A stretch of DNA of 64,000 bases. It comes from Azolla caroliniana (Eukaryota > Plantae > Polypodiophyta). A program made the translations under genes and the position numbers. The stretch's first letter is position 1, and each line of letters opens with the position of its first letter. The notes beneath the pieces are model-generated. The model had not been told where the DNA came from, did not search any database, and saw only the letters and a list, made by a program, of their open reading frames with translations. The DNA lies in NCBI GenBank assembly GCA_043228905.1, contig JBHGNT010000002.1:18600001-18664000 (forward strand), in the 5' to 3' direction. Shown piece by piece: positions 1 to 13,849 of this stretch.

Positions 1-1120
1 CACCACTTCCTCAATTAGGAACCGGCACACGACTGCAATCGTCTTGTTCAACAATGCTCGGCCCTCCACTTGGTTCGTCAAATCCTCTCTTGCCAGCACC
101 AGGTACCACATCTGCCCTACCCCCATCGGCATCGTCACCAAGTCCACCATCCACTTGAAGTCGTCACGAACTGATGCCGGACTATGGAATGCATCTGGCA
201 GCTCTCACAAGTCGTCACGAACTGATGAATGTCCCCGTACAATCCCGGCCACCAATACTTCTCCTTCAGCTTTTCGAATGTGGCCCATGTCCCATGATGT
301 TCGGCCCAAGGACTCTCATGATACGCCGTTAGCAACACCTCCTGCTCTTCCTTCTTCGCCACTACCTGGAGTTGGACACCGCCTCCCTTCTTCGGGTGTT
401 TCCATATGCTTCCGTCATGTAGGAAGAACCGATACGCTTTCTTCCAAATCCGGTTAGCCTCTTCTCTTGTCCACGCCATGTCCGGCGTCATCGTCTTTAG
501 GAACCCACCGATCTGGAGCCACTCCCCATCATACTCGCCCTCATCAAACTCATTAAGCATTGGAGTTCTCCCTTCCCTCATCATCACGTAAGCGGACTTG
601 AAGAAGTCCACGCCGACTTCCTCGTCCTCCGAAACCATGCCGTTTTTGTCATCAAACCATGCTCTCGAAAGCATGTCGGCCATGGCATTGTCCTTCTCGG
701 AGATGTGTTGTATCTCCGGATTCAGGGACTTAATGTACGTGATCCACTTGAGCATCGCAAGGTCTGGCGTCGCGCATTCGGAAACCATATCGAGGATCGG
801 TAGGCAATCTGTCTCGATTATCACCTTCGTCCCAATCAAGTAGTCTTTGTCGGGCTTGACCGCCGAAACGATACCCCAGAGTTTGTGTTTAACTTGGGCG
901 TATCCTCGCTGTTGCTCACTAAGTACTTTCACCCCGGACCGGATGGCGAACCTCGTGCCGTTTTCGTCCTCCTAGTTGATCACCCTTCCTATCCCGGTCG
1001 GGCTCGTGTCTACAATCACGTAAATCGAGACCTTCTTACCGTAAATCGAGTGCCGATGCCGCGGTAAGCGCTTCTTTCAATCTCCGAACCGACCTCGTGT
1101 GTTCCCCGCTCCACTTGAAC
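1..1120 (-). mobile_element. Ty3/gypsy pol fragment (RT connection, RNase H, integrase zinc finger)
   Basis: ORF 135-932: IETDCLP, KDNAMADMLSR (RNase H) and HESPWAEHHG..YWWPGLYGDI..TCESCQ (integrase H2C2). Confidence 0.9.
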
Positions 1121-2685
1121 TTGCGCCCTCTATCATTTCCACGACTATTTCTTGTTTGGCTCCTACCACGGTGTTGGTTCTTGTGAGCAACATCATAAAC
1201 ATTATATGCATCTCCATTATGTGATGCAATCATTGATTTCCTACGAATTTCTTCACCCAAAAGTGCTCCACATATGTCATTATAGACTAATTTCCCATTT
1301 GGTGCACTAGACTAATAGCGGTGCAAAAAGTGTCCCATGAGCTAAGCAAAGTGCATAACAAAAATACAAATTTCAGCTCATCGTCCATAATCATTTTCTG
1401 AGCTTGTAATTATGACCATAGTGCATCAAAATCATTCAAATGAGAGGCGACACTGTCATTGTCCTTCATTTGAAGATCATAAATTTTTCGCATTAGATAA
1501 ACTTTGTTTGTTGTGGTCTCTTTTCCATATGTATTGCATAGTTTAGTCCATAACATTTTAGCTAACTCAAAGTCCAAGACCATGAAATACACATTGTCAG
1601 CTAGGTGCAATCTTATGGTAGCCATTGCCAAGAGATCGAGCTCTTCCAAATCGTCCTTGGTCATGCCCTCAAGTCTCTAGGCTCACCACTTAATGGTCTT
1701 AATTGCCTTCTTTGAATCAGAACATCTCTCGTCTAATTCTTCCACAAGGTAAAGTTCGATCTGTCAAATTTACGGATCTCAACGTGGTTTTTTACACTCA
1801 TAGAGTGGTTTCTATGGGAATTAAAGGAACCCCCGCGTGAGGTACTCGAAACCTCAGACATTTCAGAGGCCATTGGGTGGTAAGTAAGCTTAGTTGATTC
1901 CAAATCTAAGCATCTAATGATAATTGAGACACTACTCACTACCTGGTCTCAAGTACAACTATCACCGTGTTCTAGGGTAGGTATGTGTGTTTGCCTAAGA
2001 ACAACACCTCACTCTAATATTAGCCAAGGCAAATGGAATGCGACTAAGACGCAACTTCCAATGTCACAATCTTACATCAAGTGAGCAAGCATTGAAAAAA
2101 AAGAAGCAAATGCAAGTATTTAAAATGTAAATCCTCTCTTTTTTATACTAGAAACAATGAGTCCTCTCTGTTTCTAGGTTTAGAGAAGCAAGAATACCTA
2201 TGTCGACGAGTTCCTAAAAAATAGCATGTGCAGAGGGGTAAAAAACAGGGAAATCAAATGATTTTTGCCTCACACACTGTCTTCACGAAGTCCTGCGCTC
2301 TGATACCACTATTGTGAGGAGCAACGGAGGCGAACGAGCTGTTGTTTTTCCCCGTAGAAACAATGGTGAACAACACACAGAAGACAACACACACAGAGAA
2401 ATAGGTAAACACAGAACAACTTTTTGGTGGGTGCACGCAAAACCCTCGTTTCTATTGACTTATATACCTATTCACAAATAGTAAGAAATTACCTTTTTGG
2501 CCTTTCTCACTATCACAACATTCATAATTCAATAAATCCAAGATGCAAATACTTGAAATCACACAACACATGCAGTTACCTTACATTAAATATAAACCAA
2601 AAGGATTGTTCTTTCCAATGGAAAGACTTTCTTTGACCAAAGGTACCAATTTGATGAAAGCTAAAATGATGGGGGGATACCAACA
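1120..2685 (-). mobile_element. Ty1/copia 5' fragment (LTR ~2313-2685, tRNA-Met PBS 2297-2308, degenerate gag)
   Basis: Reverse complement TGGTATCAGAGC next to a TG..CA LTR; gag motifs KFDRSNFTLWK and LWTKLCNTYGK..NKVYLMRKIYDLQM. Confidence 0.85.
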
Positions 2686-2715
2686 ATAATGAATATGAAG
2701 GGCATTGGTAATCAG

Positions 2716-2984
2716 GTCACCAATTGATTTTCTCTAGTATATCTTAAAACTATGATAGGAGTTGTAAAAATAGACATGAGATTCAATTGGTGTTTTGTTG
2801 AAAGCTAACTCACTGAGTTAAGACTTTTCAAAATCAGATTGTTCACTCAACAACACATGTCACCAATTGATTTTCTCTCGCATAACTTACAACTATGATA
2901 GCAATTGTTAAAATAGACATGAGATTCAATTGGTGTTTTGTTGAAAGCTAACTCACTGAGTTAATCCTTTTCAAAATCAGATTG
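2716..2984. repeat. 126-bp direct duplication (2716-2841, 2859-2984)
   Basis: Near-identical copies, each with an internal inverted pair CACCAATTGA...TCAATTGGTG. Confidence 0.9.
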
Positions 2985-3279
2985 CTTTGCTTATAGGTGC
3001 AAACTCTTTTACTAGTAGATATTGGGATTATTTAGACGTTACATGCACAAAGTAATCTCCTCAGTATATGAACGAGTATGATAGCCAGGTTATATGTTAT
3101 GGTTAACTAGCTCATTATGCCTTCTGATGTTATATGATAACAAAAGATCTTAAGGTAAGAAAATGAAATTCGTCTTCAAGAACAAAACTTCATGTCAATC
3201 TTCAATGGCTCCTAATTAATAGAGGTAATAAACTAGAGATTATTGATGGAGCATTAATTATATACTAGAAGAGTTTAGA

Positions 3280-3600
3280 AACTTGCTTTTGTTCCAAGAG
3301 AGAAGTTTCATTCACGATGAGCCAAAGCATGCTCATAAATAGTGTGTCGCCAAGTCTGGGTTGACAGACCTGACACTTTCACAACAAATTGCAAAAAACT
3401 CTCGAATAAGGTTTAAAAACTAGACCATAGAGTTTATCCAAGAAGTATAGACAATGTTGCCTATCATATGTTGGCCAGAGATCAATGTCTAGTTTGATCA
3501 ACACTACAAAGGTCTACCAAGTGGTTCATTCTGAAAACTATCACTTGTACCAATGATACCACACTCTAACATGGAAGCATTATAAGAAAATCATACGTTC
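3280..3600 (-). mobile_element. Highly degenerate LINE RT fragment
   Basis: Minus-strand ATGATAGGC..TTGGATAAACTCTATGGTCTAG resembles ATGATTGGC..TTGGTTAAATTATATGGCTTG of the LINE at ~59845. Confidence 0.45.
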
Positions 3601-4669
3601 ATCCACTGTAGATGAGCTACCCCATAAACATGCCAATGTGTTACTAGTAGACCTAGTACAATTGACTGATTAAGTTGATGTACAATGTACATACTAGTGT
3701 ACGAATATGATTTTGTGAGGATCTACCCAATTCTTGAAACATCATAATTGTATGATAAGATCGACATGGTGTAAGTTACAAACCAAAACATAAATCAATG
3801 AGTTAGAAACAAAAAAACTTAAATGAATCAGAGATAAATCTTTTGTTTGAGTTCTGAAGATTTTAGATTTTGTTTCATTAACACTAGAGAAAATTCGTTG
3901 CCACATGAAAAGAAGTGGCAAAAAAGCAAAGAAAAAGTGAATTTCAAAATGCTTAAGTAGATCTTTTTCGTTTGTATTCAAACTAAATACAAGGCCAAAC
4001 TTATGGCTTTACTAAATTTAGTTTTAGGAAACACACATAAATATGTTGTGTTTTGAAACATATATCTGTAGAACACATTCCACTCAGATGCACCGTACCT
4101 TGAAAAAAACACTTATGTTTACAATTGAATCTCTAGTCTATACATCATCTGGGGATAAGTAAAACTTATTTATAGACAAGTCAGACATCAAATATTTACC
4201 TTATATACAAGTCAAATATCATCTATTTATCTTATATTTACATTGTTCTATTTGGAATCATTTTATTAGTATTATCAACCATTGTTCTTTTCCATTTTAG
4301 CCCTAACGCTTGTATCACCATAGTATCTACTAGTTGCAATATGTTCAAATATAATTAATAAGTGATTAGCTTAGGTTTATTGTTTACATCAATTATCATC
4401 TTCTCGCATATATAAAAACACAACCTATATGATTCTCTTGGATTACTAAGGTTGAACATTAAAAAAGGCTTCATCTATAAACCAACAAGTTGTTTTTCGT
4501 ATAAATAACTTATGATTTAAACAATATATAATATATACATTATATAAAATGAGTATTGCAACAATTAATTGGCGTTTTGTTTTTGCCTTGAGTTCTCTAT
4601 TGCAGAGACAATTCTTTACATAATGTCTATTTTGCCTTGAGTTCTCTATTGCAAAGACAATTCTCTATG

Positions 4670-6118
4670 CCAATCCCAGTTTCGAGAGTTGATACCATTT
4701 TGACCGTGGTCGATCGATTTACCAAAATGGCACATTTCTTGCCATGTACAAAGTCTATTACTAGTCAAGAAATGGTCAATCTAGTTATGCGGGAGGTATT
4801 CAAGCATCATGGTCTTCCGGATGATATTATTAGAGATCAAGGTCCACAATTCATCTCAAAGTTTTGCAAGCACATGTTAAAACTTCTCCGAGTTTCAACT
4901 AAACTTTCTTCGGGCTATCATCGAGAGAGTAATGGCCAAACCAAGCATACCAACCAGACTTTGGAGCAATATACTTGATGTTTCATCAACTATCAACAAG
5001 ATAATTGGGTTGATTTTTTGCACTTGGCTGAATTTGCTTATAACAACTCGGTTCATTCTTCTACGAGATATTCTCCATTTTTCGCAAATACGGGCTATCA
5101 TCCTCGTTGGACGATGACTGAACACCCCGGAGTTCCTATCAACCCTACTGCTAAGGATTTCCTTAGTCACCTCCAAGAAAATCACGCTACCATTCTCCAC
5201 AATTTGTGTGATGCTCAAAGTACCTACAAGTGGATTGCGAATTGTCATCGCCTAGACTCCTCCAACAAGTTTCATGTCGAGGATCGTGTATGGCTTCTAC
5301 AACACAACATCAAGACCACTAGGCCTTGCGGTAAATTAGATTACCAACGGTTTGGCCCGTACGAGATCATTGGTAGGATAAGCGATGTTGCATTTCGTCT
5401 TGGCCTCCTCCTCACATGCATCTTCACCCGGTGTTTCCTGTCTCCCTTCTTGAACCTTACACAAGTTCAATTTCTTAAAACTCCCCCACCACCTGTGGAG
5501 TTTTTGGAAGGACCATAATTTGAGGTTGTTGCCATTCTAGATTCCAAGATCGTGTTTAACAAGTTGTACTACTTGGTCGATTGGTTAGCATATACACCCA
5601 ATGATCAAACTCGGGAACCTGCAACAAATCTCATGGTCATCGAATTTCATCGACGATATCCTCGTAAGCCAAGTCCTAGTACAACCCATGTGACCCGTGA
5701 TACGTGTTGTTGACGAAGGGGGATAATGTAATGATGCCACTCACATATGATTTGGGTTTACAAGGATTCGAACCCACAACCTTGTTATATATAGGTCGAA
5801 TTTTTAGCTATTGTAATGATATATTTATATGTATAAAGAATTTATATGCTATATAGAATATTATAAAACATTCAAAATTATTCTACAGTACTCTGTTCTA
5901 GAATGTTCAAGAATATTCTCGAGTGCTCTATGGTCTAGAATGTTCTAGAATATTCTAGCATACTCATTATTCTAGGGCTTTCTAGAATACCCTATTAGGA
6001 TTTATAAATATGCATCTAATAATCAGGGATAAACAAAATAGGTTCAACTCCATTTTAGATCACCCTTGTTACTTACTCGTCGTACATCCATCTTATAGTG
6101 CAATACAATACTTTTACA
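4670..6118 (+). mobile_element. Chromovirus-type Ty3/gypsy 3' fragment (integrase, chromodomain, PPT, 3' LTR ~5727-6118)
   Basis: VVDRFTKMAHF, HGLPDDII.DQGPQF, LAEFAYNNSVHSST, GPY motif, chromodomain FEVVAILDSK..YLVDW; PPT GAAGGGGGATAA followed by TGTAA...TTACA. Confidence 0.9.
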
Positions 6119-6167
6119 ATACTCTCTCTCTCTCTCTCTCTCCCCCCCCCCCCTCTCTCTCTCTATC

Positions 6168-7230
6168 TTGACACCCACTCGCGTGGTTTTCTTCAACCAT
6201 CAGCATCGATTGCTCGTACCATTGTGCTAGACCACCGAGGCAGATTTGGACCATCTCCTCTTCGTCCACTGTCACATTGATGGAACCGAGCACGTCGCAG
6301 ATCTCCTTTATCTTGGTGGTGTAGTCAGTGACTGACATGACCCGTTGTTGGATACTGTTGAGCTCTTGGCGAAGCTGCAACTTCCGAGTCGTGGTACTTG
6401 CGTCAAAAATATTCTGAAGATTTTCCCAAGCCTCTTTTGGCGTTTTTGCATCCCTGATGTTGCCGAGCATTTGGTCGTGCATACAGGACATGAGGCAATA
6501 CACCACTTTGCTCACTCCTTGCTCCCATGTCGGGAAGTCCTTGTGTGCCGAATCCTGCGCTCCTACATTCGCTCTTTCCATGTAGCTCCAGTATCCGTGC
6601 CTGAGCAGGTACTAGTGTATTTTATACGACCAGGATGCATAGTTGCACTAGTCAAGATTTTCTGTAGGAAACGACCTCGCCATACTTCTGTCCATATCTT
6701 CCTTCTTTCTTTTGTTCTTTATTAGTGATTAGGGTTTGTCAGTTTCAAGCAGTTGTCGCCAGCTGAGGTTCTCAACCCTCGCGCTCTAATACCATGTAAA
6801 GGTTAATATGTGGAAGCTTTGATAAACCGGCTCAGTCGGATAACAACAGTAAAACAGAAATGAAGGTTTAATGGAAGCTTGAGAATACACAATACGTGGG
6901 AGAGATAGAGAAAGCAGAATAGCATAAACTCGATTCAAAATAATAACACTCTGTACATACAAATGTCCTACATAACACTTTTTATACAAGTCCTTAAAAG
7001 GACTGACAAGTACTTTAATGCTCATACGAATGACTGACACTAACTCCAAGGAATATGCCTACATACTAGGCTAAGATTGTAGGCCTCTAACGGCCTATCG
7101 GTTACAATCTGGTCCGTCTCTCCGATCTGGCTCTTGGTTCCGAATACCTATCCGATTCTCCGTTCCAAATACCAATTCGGCTCCGGCTTATTCCGCCGAT
7201 CCGGATCCAGTTGAGCTTGTCCACTCAACA
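6168..7230 (-). mobile_element. Truncated Ty1/copia (LTR 6795-7230, PBS 6781-6794, gag)
   Basis: Gag KTPKEAWENLQNIF..RKLQLRQELN; LTR and gag are homologous to the element at 26951; flanked by (CT)n and (CA)n(TA)n tracts. Confidence 0.9.
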
Positions 7231-9857
7231 CACACACACACATATATATATATATAATTTTAAATAAGGATGGTTTTGGTCTATTAGCGGAGATGATTTA
7301 ATTTCTCTCAATCTTCGTGGCTTCGAAACTAACTCGGCAAAAACAATTCTCGTAAATATTTTGCCTCCTCCTTGACCACTTGGAAATAGAGGTTTGTTGC
7401 TTGTCTGTGCACATGTGACATAGACGTCACGAAAACCCTTTGGAGATAATGGAACCAATCTTGCATTTTAAAAAGCTACCATTTATTTTCCAATAAACCA
7501 TAAATCCAAAATTACCATCTCAAACGTTTAGTTTCTCTCAAGATATCTTCATCAATTTTATTATCTACTGATATTGCTTGTTTGAATTTGCCATTTTCTA
7601 ATGAATGTATCAATTACTTCAAAATTGTCATTCCAATGTGAAGGCGTCTCAAGGAATTAATCTTTGTTGTTCTCTCTAATGGTTCTTGGCATTCCTTCAA
7701 GGTATCCCATAATTCTTTTCATGTTAACTTTCCATTTCTTGTACTAGATCTATTTGTTCATCAATTAGATGCGTAACCAATTCCATGCATACATCTAAAT
7801 ATTTATTTTTCCGTTTCTTTCAATTTTGGAATGGTTATAGGTTGTTATATTAAACCTTTCACAATGTCGATTGGTTGTGTTGTTTCAAGGATTAAGCTCA
7901 TCCTTAATTTTGACGTTCTATAGTTCTTGTCATTGAGTTCCTCCGTGATAAATTTCATTCATATTGAAATTGTTTTGTTTGTTGAACTTGTGTGAATCCA
8001 TCTTCATAGATCTTCCAATTTGATCTTCTGGATACCACGTTGGGATTTAAAGTACTACCAACAAAGTATAAAAATTGTGTGTGTATATATATATAGCTTA
8101 ATGTGGTGATAACATAAGAGACTACATTATGATCATGATTGGCATTATATTCATAGGTAGACGAGATCATACAGAAGTTTATAGTGGGAGTGTTCATTGT
8201 GACCAAATCTCACATGAATGTGTTTTAATTGTCATTGTGGACAAGAGACACAAGCATAGGTTGTTAAATTATTTTATCTCTTTTTTATTTAGCAATTGTT
8301 ATTTAAATTAATATCTAGTAATTCTAATATAAATAATATTTTAACAATATCATACTTACTACTTCAAACAAGGTTTGATATGCATTTTTCTTTTCATCTC
8401 TTTTTTATCATATACAAGATTATGTTGTGCTCTTACCATGCAAGGACCCAACAAAGCATGAAAACATGGTATGGACGTTAGGATAGATAGATAGATATTT
8501 TTAGCACCCATACAAAGACCAAAATAGACCCATGGGACCTAAGTACAAAAGTTTTCTTGATGTTTGGCTTCTTCTTAGGAAGGGAGATTTATACTTCGAA
8601 GAACCAAGTTTTAATACACGTATATGCTCAACCCTGTAGGTGTTCTCTTTAGTGCTACTCTCAAGTCAACAACCCCTCTTAATATATATCATAACTTTAA
8701 CGAATTGCACTATATGCAAAACATGTACATAAAAAGCAAGTGATACTCATCCTCCATTAGCCCTTCCTTGCATACCTCACAAAGACTTGTTAGATGAAGA
8801 CCAAGGTCACTCAATTACCAATGACTAGACAAACAAACATATCATATGTGTAAAACAAACATATCACATGTACGAATACTACATGCTTGGTTAAAAAAGG
8901 TGAAAGCTCACAAACATCCATCTATCCATTCATTTGTCTATTGAGCCCTATATATACTAAACTCCACAAACATTGAGCCCTATATTTTACATGAGTAATG
9001 CATCAGTTTGCAATCCTTTACTCATGTATGAGGCAATCATGAATGGATCTCGAATCAATGAGTTCATGAATGGATCTCAAATGAGTATGTTCTCCTACCA
9101 CTTCCTTGTTTTTCTAACGTACAAGCAATGCAGACGTACTAACCTTAAGAATATAGAATATAGTGTGAAATGTATTGGTATAGAAATTCAATTTATTGCC
9201 TCAAATGATTGGTATAGTAAATTGAATGTAACACAATTATATCATTATAGGCAGATGATATATTGTTTAACCCAGCACTAAAACGTAAAATTACTCACAA
9301 TTGGGGTCCAAGTTGGTTTAGAGCAAATTTGGTTTGGAACTAACCTTACCAATGTAGAGTTTTAATGGAAGTAATTTTAATACATTAATATATTGTTCAC
9401 ATCGTTGATGTCCAAAATAAAGCTTTGTTGCCATGTGAGTGAAATATTCTGCATTGTGTTTTGACTAGGTGTATAGCTTAGGACAAACAGCTTTGCAACT
9501 CCCCTCCATCACGTCGCCATCTAGAAGGAACAAAAGGGCTATCATGTCAGCTTTGAAAATTCATCAAATTACAAGAGGTGGTATAATTGACATGAATGGA
9601 CATATTGGAATAATATTTCTCATATTTTTCATGCGTAAAATCTTCATGAAAATGTGTAAGATGATTTTCTAAAAATGTCACCAAATCTTCCGTTTTAGTA
9701 AAAGCAATAATATCTTAATTCCGTCTCCATAGATATAGTATTTAGATTGTAATGCCGAACTGAAATAATAGCTCAAATATATACTAGCCTATATGATTAG
9801 ATGCACCAAAGAGGAATTTTTTACTTGCTATTGATAATGTATGCTATACATACAACC

Positions 9858-10935
9858 TGTTAGCTTAATTATAATGTAAAAATGTTTAGTATCACCTATT
9901 TTTGTATTTTACTATTAGGAAATAAATGTACTCCATATCATTTTCTATGAAGAAGTGCACATTTTGTAACCTCCAATATAACACATAACAAAACATATAT
10001 AACATTACAACAAGAATAGACATTACATATTTTCTCTCTCTGTCTCACTCACTTCTATCTTTCTTCTCTATCTTGTTTAATTCTTGCATGGTATCAGAGC
10101 AATTTATATGAATAAATACGCGACATACATCACATTAGATTGATACGAACAATCTAGAGAACCATTGGACACCTTGATAAGCAAATGACAAAGATAACTA
10201 GATGTAGCAATCTCAGCAAGTAACATTATTGATGAAACATCAAAATGTGAAATACTAATGGGTTCCTTGCCTGAATCATGGACCACATTCATGAGCATCC
10301 ATAGCAACGAGAAGGATCTCAATCTCCGAACCTTGATTGGGAAAATCAAGCAAGATGAACTTCGAAGAAAGAACCCAAATAGTCAATAGACGCACGTCAC
10401 ATGGCAATGGTAGCGTGCATGAGACACCATTGCAAAGGCAGTTCTTACAAAAGCAATTACCCCAAGCTGAAGACATTCCAAAAATCTCATCCAGGGAGTA
10501 AGCCTTCCTCAAGGAGTGGAAGCAATCATCATGTGTATAATTATTTATAGATATTGTAACAGATTGCGTCATATTGTACGTGAGTGTCGAAAGAAACAAT
10601 AAGACCAAAAGGGAAAAGGTAGAAGATTCTTTCCACAAGCAAAGAATGTTTCATTACAATCTAATACCAAAGAATATGAAGATAGAGACAAATTTTATAC
10701 AAGCATTCATGTGTGAGATAGAAGTAGCACAAAGAAAAGATAAAAGTGGATCAAACAAAGTAGAATGGTATATGGCAATTACGAGAAAATCGGTGAATGC
10801 TTCAAATCTTTGGTACCTTGACACGGGCGCAATACACCATCTTACCCACAACAAGACCTTGCTCCACAATTATTAAACTCTTCCACAAGCCTTAGAAGTT
10901 CGATTTGGAGACAATGGCACAAAAGCCTTAGAATC
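9858..10935 (+). mobile_element. Degenerate Ty1/copia 5' fragment (LTR, PBS 10089-10100, gag, protease)
   Basis: TGGTATCAGAGC PBS; protease WYLDTGAIHHLTH. The LTR start is approximate. Confidence 0.8.
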
Positions 10936-13815
10936 TGCGTAGAGTTACCCCACATCCTGAATCCGATTGAATACTTGGGACCTATCCCCCCTTGCATAGA
11001 GTTACCCCACGGCAAAACATCCTGGAACCTACCCCCCCTTCCTACCACAATACCTTGATCCCGTTACTTGGGAGTAGTAACCAACATCGTGTTCTCTCGG
11101 AGCAGTTTGATGTTGTCCTCGTCCATTTTATAGAATCCTCAGCCTTCTTTTCGACGGTTTTCTTGATCCATTCGGAATATCTCTTGTTCGGCCGCTTGTG
11201 TTGACCACTCAGTCCAGCCGTGATTTAGTGCTTTGCCGATTGTCTGTTCTAGCTTCACACGATGTCTAGCCAATATGACCCTAATCTTAGCTTCGCCCAT
11301 CTCAGTTCTCGACCAAAGCTCCCACAACTCGTTTGCTGCTGCTTGTGCACGGCGGTCGTGTTGGGCTTGCATCTCTTCCAGTCTGGCTAGCAGCTCCTTG
11401 ACCTGCACATCGAAGTGATCTCGTTCACTCTCTAATTGGTGCACCATCGGCTCTTCGGCCTCTCCAAATGCCGTCTGCACATTTTCAAATCATGCCGGTA
11501 CCGTCTCGATGGTGTCTTGTTGTAGCCAATCGCAAACTCAGAGGTCTAACAGCGACTTGTGTTGTTTGTTGAAGTCAATCAGGAATCATTGTGCTTTTTC
11601 TGCAGTTTTTTCTAACTTCTCCTCTTCAACTCAGAGGTCTTGATTGAGGTTCTCCTTCTCGGCTTTACGCACTCGTTCGAAATCTTCCTCCTTCCTGAGG
11701 TCTCGAGTGAGCTTCTGCCGAATCCTCTTTCACCCGATATGCTCAGTCGAACTCCTTGGTTTTCTCTTGTAAGGTCGTTTCGAGTTGCTGCTGGAGTTTG
11801 ACTTCACAATTCTTTGATTGTTGTAATGCCTCTCGGAGTTGGTCAATTTTTGCTAAGGCCACCTGATGGAGTTGCGTGGCCTTCGCGGCAACCGCCGTCT
11901 GTGCTTCCAATTCTTCCGAGAGGTTGGCGGGAGGGGGTGGTGTTGTGATGGCAAAGGGTTTTTCTCAGCTCGTTACGTCGGCCTCTCGAAGTTGGCATTC
12001 TGATTCTTTGACCCTGGCTGTCGATTCTTTCCATTGCTTTACCGCCAATTCAGCCCCTTTTCACGTCTTCTTATCATTATAGGCCATGTCCTTGGCTGCT
12101 CTTGTTGTTTTTGCGAGCTCTTGGTATACTTCTACTTCTACCAAGGCCATGTTTAGTGCTCGCAACTCAATTGCTAGGTTGTTGGTCTTTGTGTGGCGTT
12201 TCTTGCCGATTTTCGGCAAGGCATCCTCTTCTTCTTCTTCTTCAATTTCCCTGGCCAGCGCTCTCTATATCGTAAGCCGCTCTTCGTGTTCCTCCGCAAT
12301 TCTTGCTGTAGCTGCTACTTGTAGTGCGGCGAGATGATCGATTAGCCCAAACATACTGTCGTGGCTTAGAATGACAGCGAGCTCGAATGTTGCGGCTGGG
12401 ATATTGAGGAAGGTCATGAGTGTATCCTCCGAGGTAAGGGATGCATATCCCCCCTACATCTTTCCTGTAAAAGATGGGGCCGCGTTTGTGGCTATGACCA
12501 CGGTCTTGCCGGCCTACATCTTGGAGGCCGTGACTAAGGAGGAGTACTCCCCGAAATGACTATGTTCTTCGTCTTCGCGTGAAATGACTATGTTTCTCTA
12601 AAGAAATAGCTTTTGTAATCGTTGCGATTACCCCGAGGAGAGACTATGTGCCCTAGATTTTAGAATCCTTTTCACCATTACACTCTGTTAATGCCACGCA
12701 TTAGAAAAAGAACTGTGCTTGCGTTCTTTGGGTTCTGTGCATACAACTTAAATAATGCTTGGTGGGGATTGTTTTCTTTTTATTATTTTAGAAGTAATAT
12801 ACACCTAATTTATAGGTTAGTTCTTTTTCTTTTATAGTGGATGGGATCCTCCTTCCAATTTTCATTTTGGTGGTATTTCCCCAACTCCTCTTTCGTCGGC
12901 GTGATCCGCATCAATCCGTTGGCGGTTTGTGTCCCTGATTTGATTTTCCTCTTCAAACTGGTTTGGAGGTGTCAACCCGAGATATGCTTTCACGTGGAAC
13001 CCGGTGACCCACTTCGGCATCACTTCTCCAGTTAAGGTACCGAGCTGATACATCCCGTTAATTCCGTCTATGATCCAATACAGTTCCGTCCATCAGAACC
13101 TTAGCTTTCCTAGCATTTGTCTGAGCCGTGTTTGGAAGACTAGCATTGCCTTGTCGATTCTGAACGATCACTTGTTTCTAGCTCAGTGTCGATCAACAAA
13201 GGCTTTCTATCAACTTGGCTCTTGCTCCAGTTTACACATGCAATTGATCCTTTCTTCTTCGAGTTCGAATAATTGCTCTAGCCGCTTTTGTTCGGATTCG
13301 GCTTCGGGTAGTTGTTCCATTGTCTGCCATTGCAAACTTGGCACTTGAAATTCGATCGGCATTATTGTCTCTAATCCAAACGCAAGTCGAAATGGAGTTG
13401 ATTGTATACTCGTCTTATAAGTCGTGCAATAGTTCGAGACAGCACTCACAGTTTCTGATCCTAGTCAGTTTGATGTTTGTTTACGATTTTCTTTACAATA
13501 TTCTACAATGTTTTATTAGTTGACTCAGCTAGACCATTAGCTTGAGGGTAGTAGGGTGTGCTTTTCTTGTGAACCACTGTGTAGTCATACATGAGCTCGT
13601 GCACTACTTTGTTGATAAAGTGGTCACCTTGGTCGTTGATCACTTTGATTGGACAACTGAACCGGCATCATATATTTTCATATAGGAATTTTTCCATGGA
13701 CGCAGCCATGTTGTCTCTGAGCACCTTCACTTCTACCCTCTTGGTACAATAATTGGTCACGACAATGACGTATTGATTTCATGTGTGTGCCACGACCAAT
13801 TTGAATAGAACCTCA
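10935..13815 (-). mobile_element. Non-chromoviral Ty3/gypsy: integrase plus downstream coiled-coil accessory ORF (fragmented)
   Basis: Integrase TYKTSIQSTPFRLAFGLE..PIEF and YQLGTLTG..VTGFHVKAY; Glu/Arg/Ala-rich coiled-coil ORF pieces at ~11100-12600. Confidence 0.8.
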
Positions 13816-13849
13816 AAATCGTAATCAATGGTCACGCATTTTTTATTTC

